DNA of 64,000 nt from Dictyostelium discoideum (taxonomy: Eukaryota). The notes under the pieces were generated by a model. That model saw nothing but the letters and a program-made list of their open reading frames with translations. It had not been told where the DNA came from and searched no databases. Every line of letters begins with the position of its first letter. Positions within the stretch are counted from its first letter, which is position 1. The stretch covers positions 1,760,001 to 1,824,000 of the forward strand of contig CM000151.3 in the NCBI GenBank assembly GCA_000004695.1, read 5' to 3'. Of this stretch, positions 63,541-64,000 are shown one piece after another. Made by a program: the position numbers and the translations under genes.

Positions 63541-64000
63541 TTTATAGAAAGTACTGAGTGAATTATTGTATTTTTTGAGATGTTTAGGAAGTTCTATTGC
63601 GGGTGTTGAGAATGATTTGTGACACCCCTTGTCCTGTTTTATCAATTGGTGCGTGGTGTGTTATTTTGTTTTTATATTGTTGATTTATTGAGTAAATTTT
63701 ATTTGTTTTTATATTTGTTTCAGTTAGAAGTGCTGCGTCCAGCTTGTTGTTGTCTAAAACGGTGTTTATTATGCTGGCAGATTGGATGGTGTTGGATCCT
63801 TGGATGTTCCAAACACCTATTCTTATTGTGTTTTTCTTTATAGTTTTATTTGGGGTAGATTTTTATCTACCTTTTGAAGTTTCTGGTTTATTTTGTCTTC
63901 TAACTGATCTTTACTTTGTTCGTTGTGTTGTTGGTCTTGTGTGTTTGTGGGGTTTTTTGATTTATTGATTTGTTTTAGAATTTCCTTGTTGAAGTTGTCT
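62650..64000. other. Compositionally distinct segment (GT-skewed on the plus strand, few A/T homopolymers, (GA)n-like tract at 62860-62905): possible transposable-element-derived or degenerate gene sequence
   Basis: Abrupt change from homopolymer-rich AT DNA to mixed-complexity sequence. The minus strand carries short non-initiated coding-like pieces (63448..63248 MKITNNTT...KKTL, and an unlisted frame 63230..62970 ...IPSLLDKNFKEPPKQQVQPSTIQYYLALYDETVNHNEVPTFVFNKISDI) that cannot be joined by GT-AG splicing. A 50-nt T-run lies at 63487-63537. The window ends inside this segment. Confidence 0.3.

Overview
The window is nuclear DNA from a Dictyostelium discoideum-like genome. Evidence: extreme AT-richness; long A/T homopolymers; coding (AAT)n, (CAA)n and (TCA)n repeats giving poly-N, poly-Q and poly-S tracts; short AT-rich GTAAGT/GTATGT...AG introns; AAAAATG start contexts; and an intronless actin whose translation I recognise as the Dictyostelium actin sequence. 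From memory, malA and prkag are neighbours on D. discoideum chromosome 2; I could not verify this here. I could support about 22 protein-coding genes, most of them only by splicing the supplied ORF pieces by eye. They include an HD-domain dNTPase (SAMHD1-like), a Q/N-rich protein with an N-terminal RAMA/DUF4357-like module, a 1413-aa secreted TIG/EGF/TM protein built from 8 exons whose introns are all phase 1, actin, AMPK gamma (3 exons), a Sec7+PH Arf-GEF, an SLC19-like folate/thiamine transporter (5 exons), a FNIP-repeat protein, an oxysterol-binding protein, a PAP2 phosphatase, NADP-malic enzyme (malA), and several lineage-specific tandem paralog pairs. The most interesting non-genic signals are: (1) a ~1.04 kb internally deleted piggyBac-like transposon relic with 35-bp terminal inverted repeats, lying between two tandem F-box-like paralogs; (2) a decayed paralog next to an intact gene; (3) a GC-rich structured island that may be a small ncRNA; (4) a low-quality, N-containing stretch inside a 4.4 kb gene-free tract. 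No tRNA, rRNA or CRISPR features were found; CRISPR is not expected in a eukaryote. All exon coordinates were derived by hand from the sequence and need RNA-seq or alignment confirmation.
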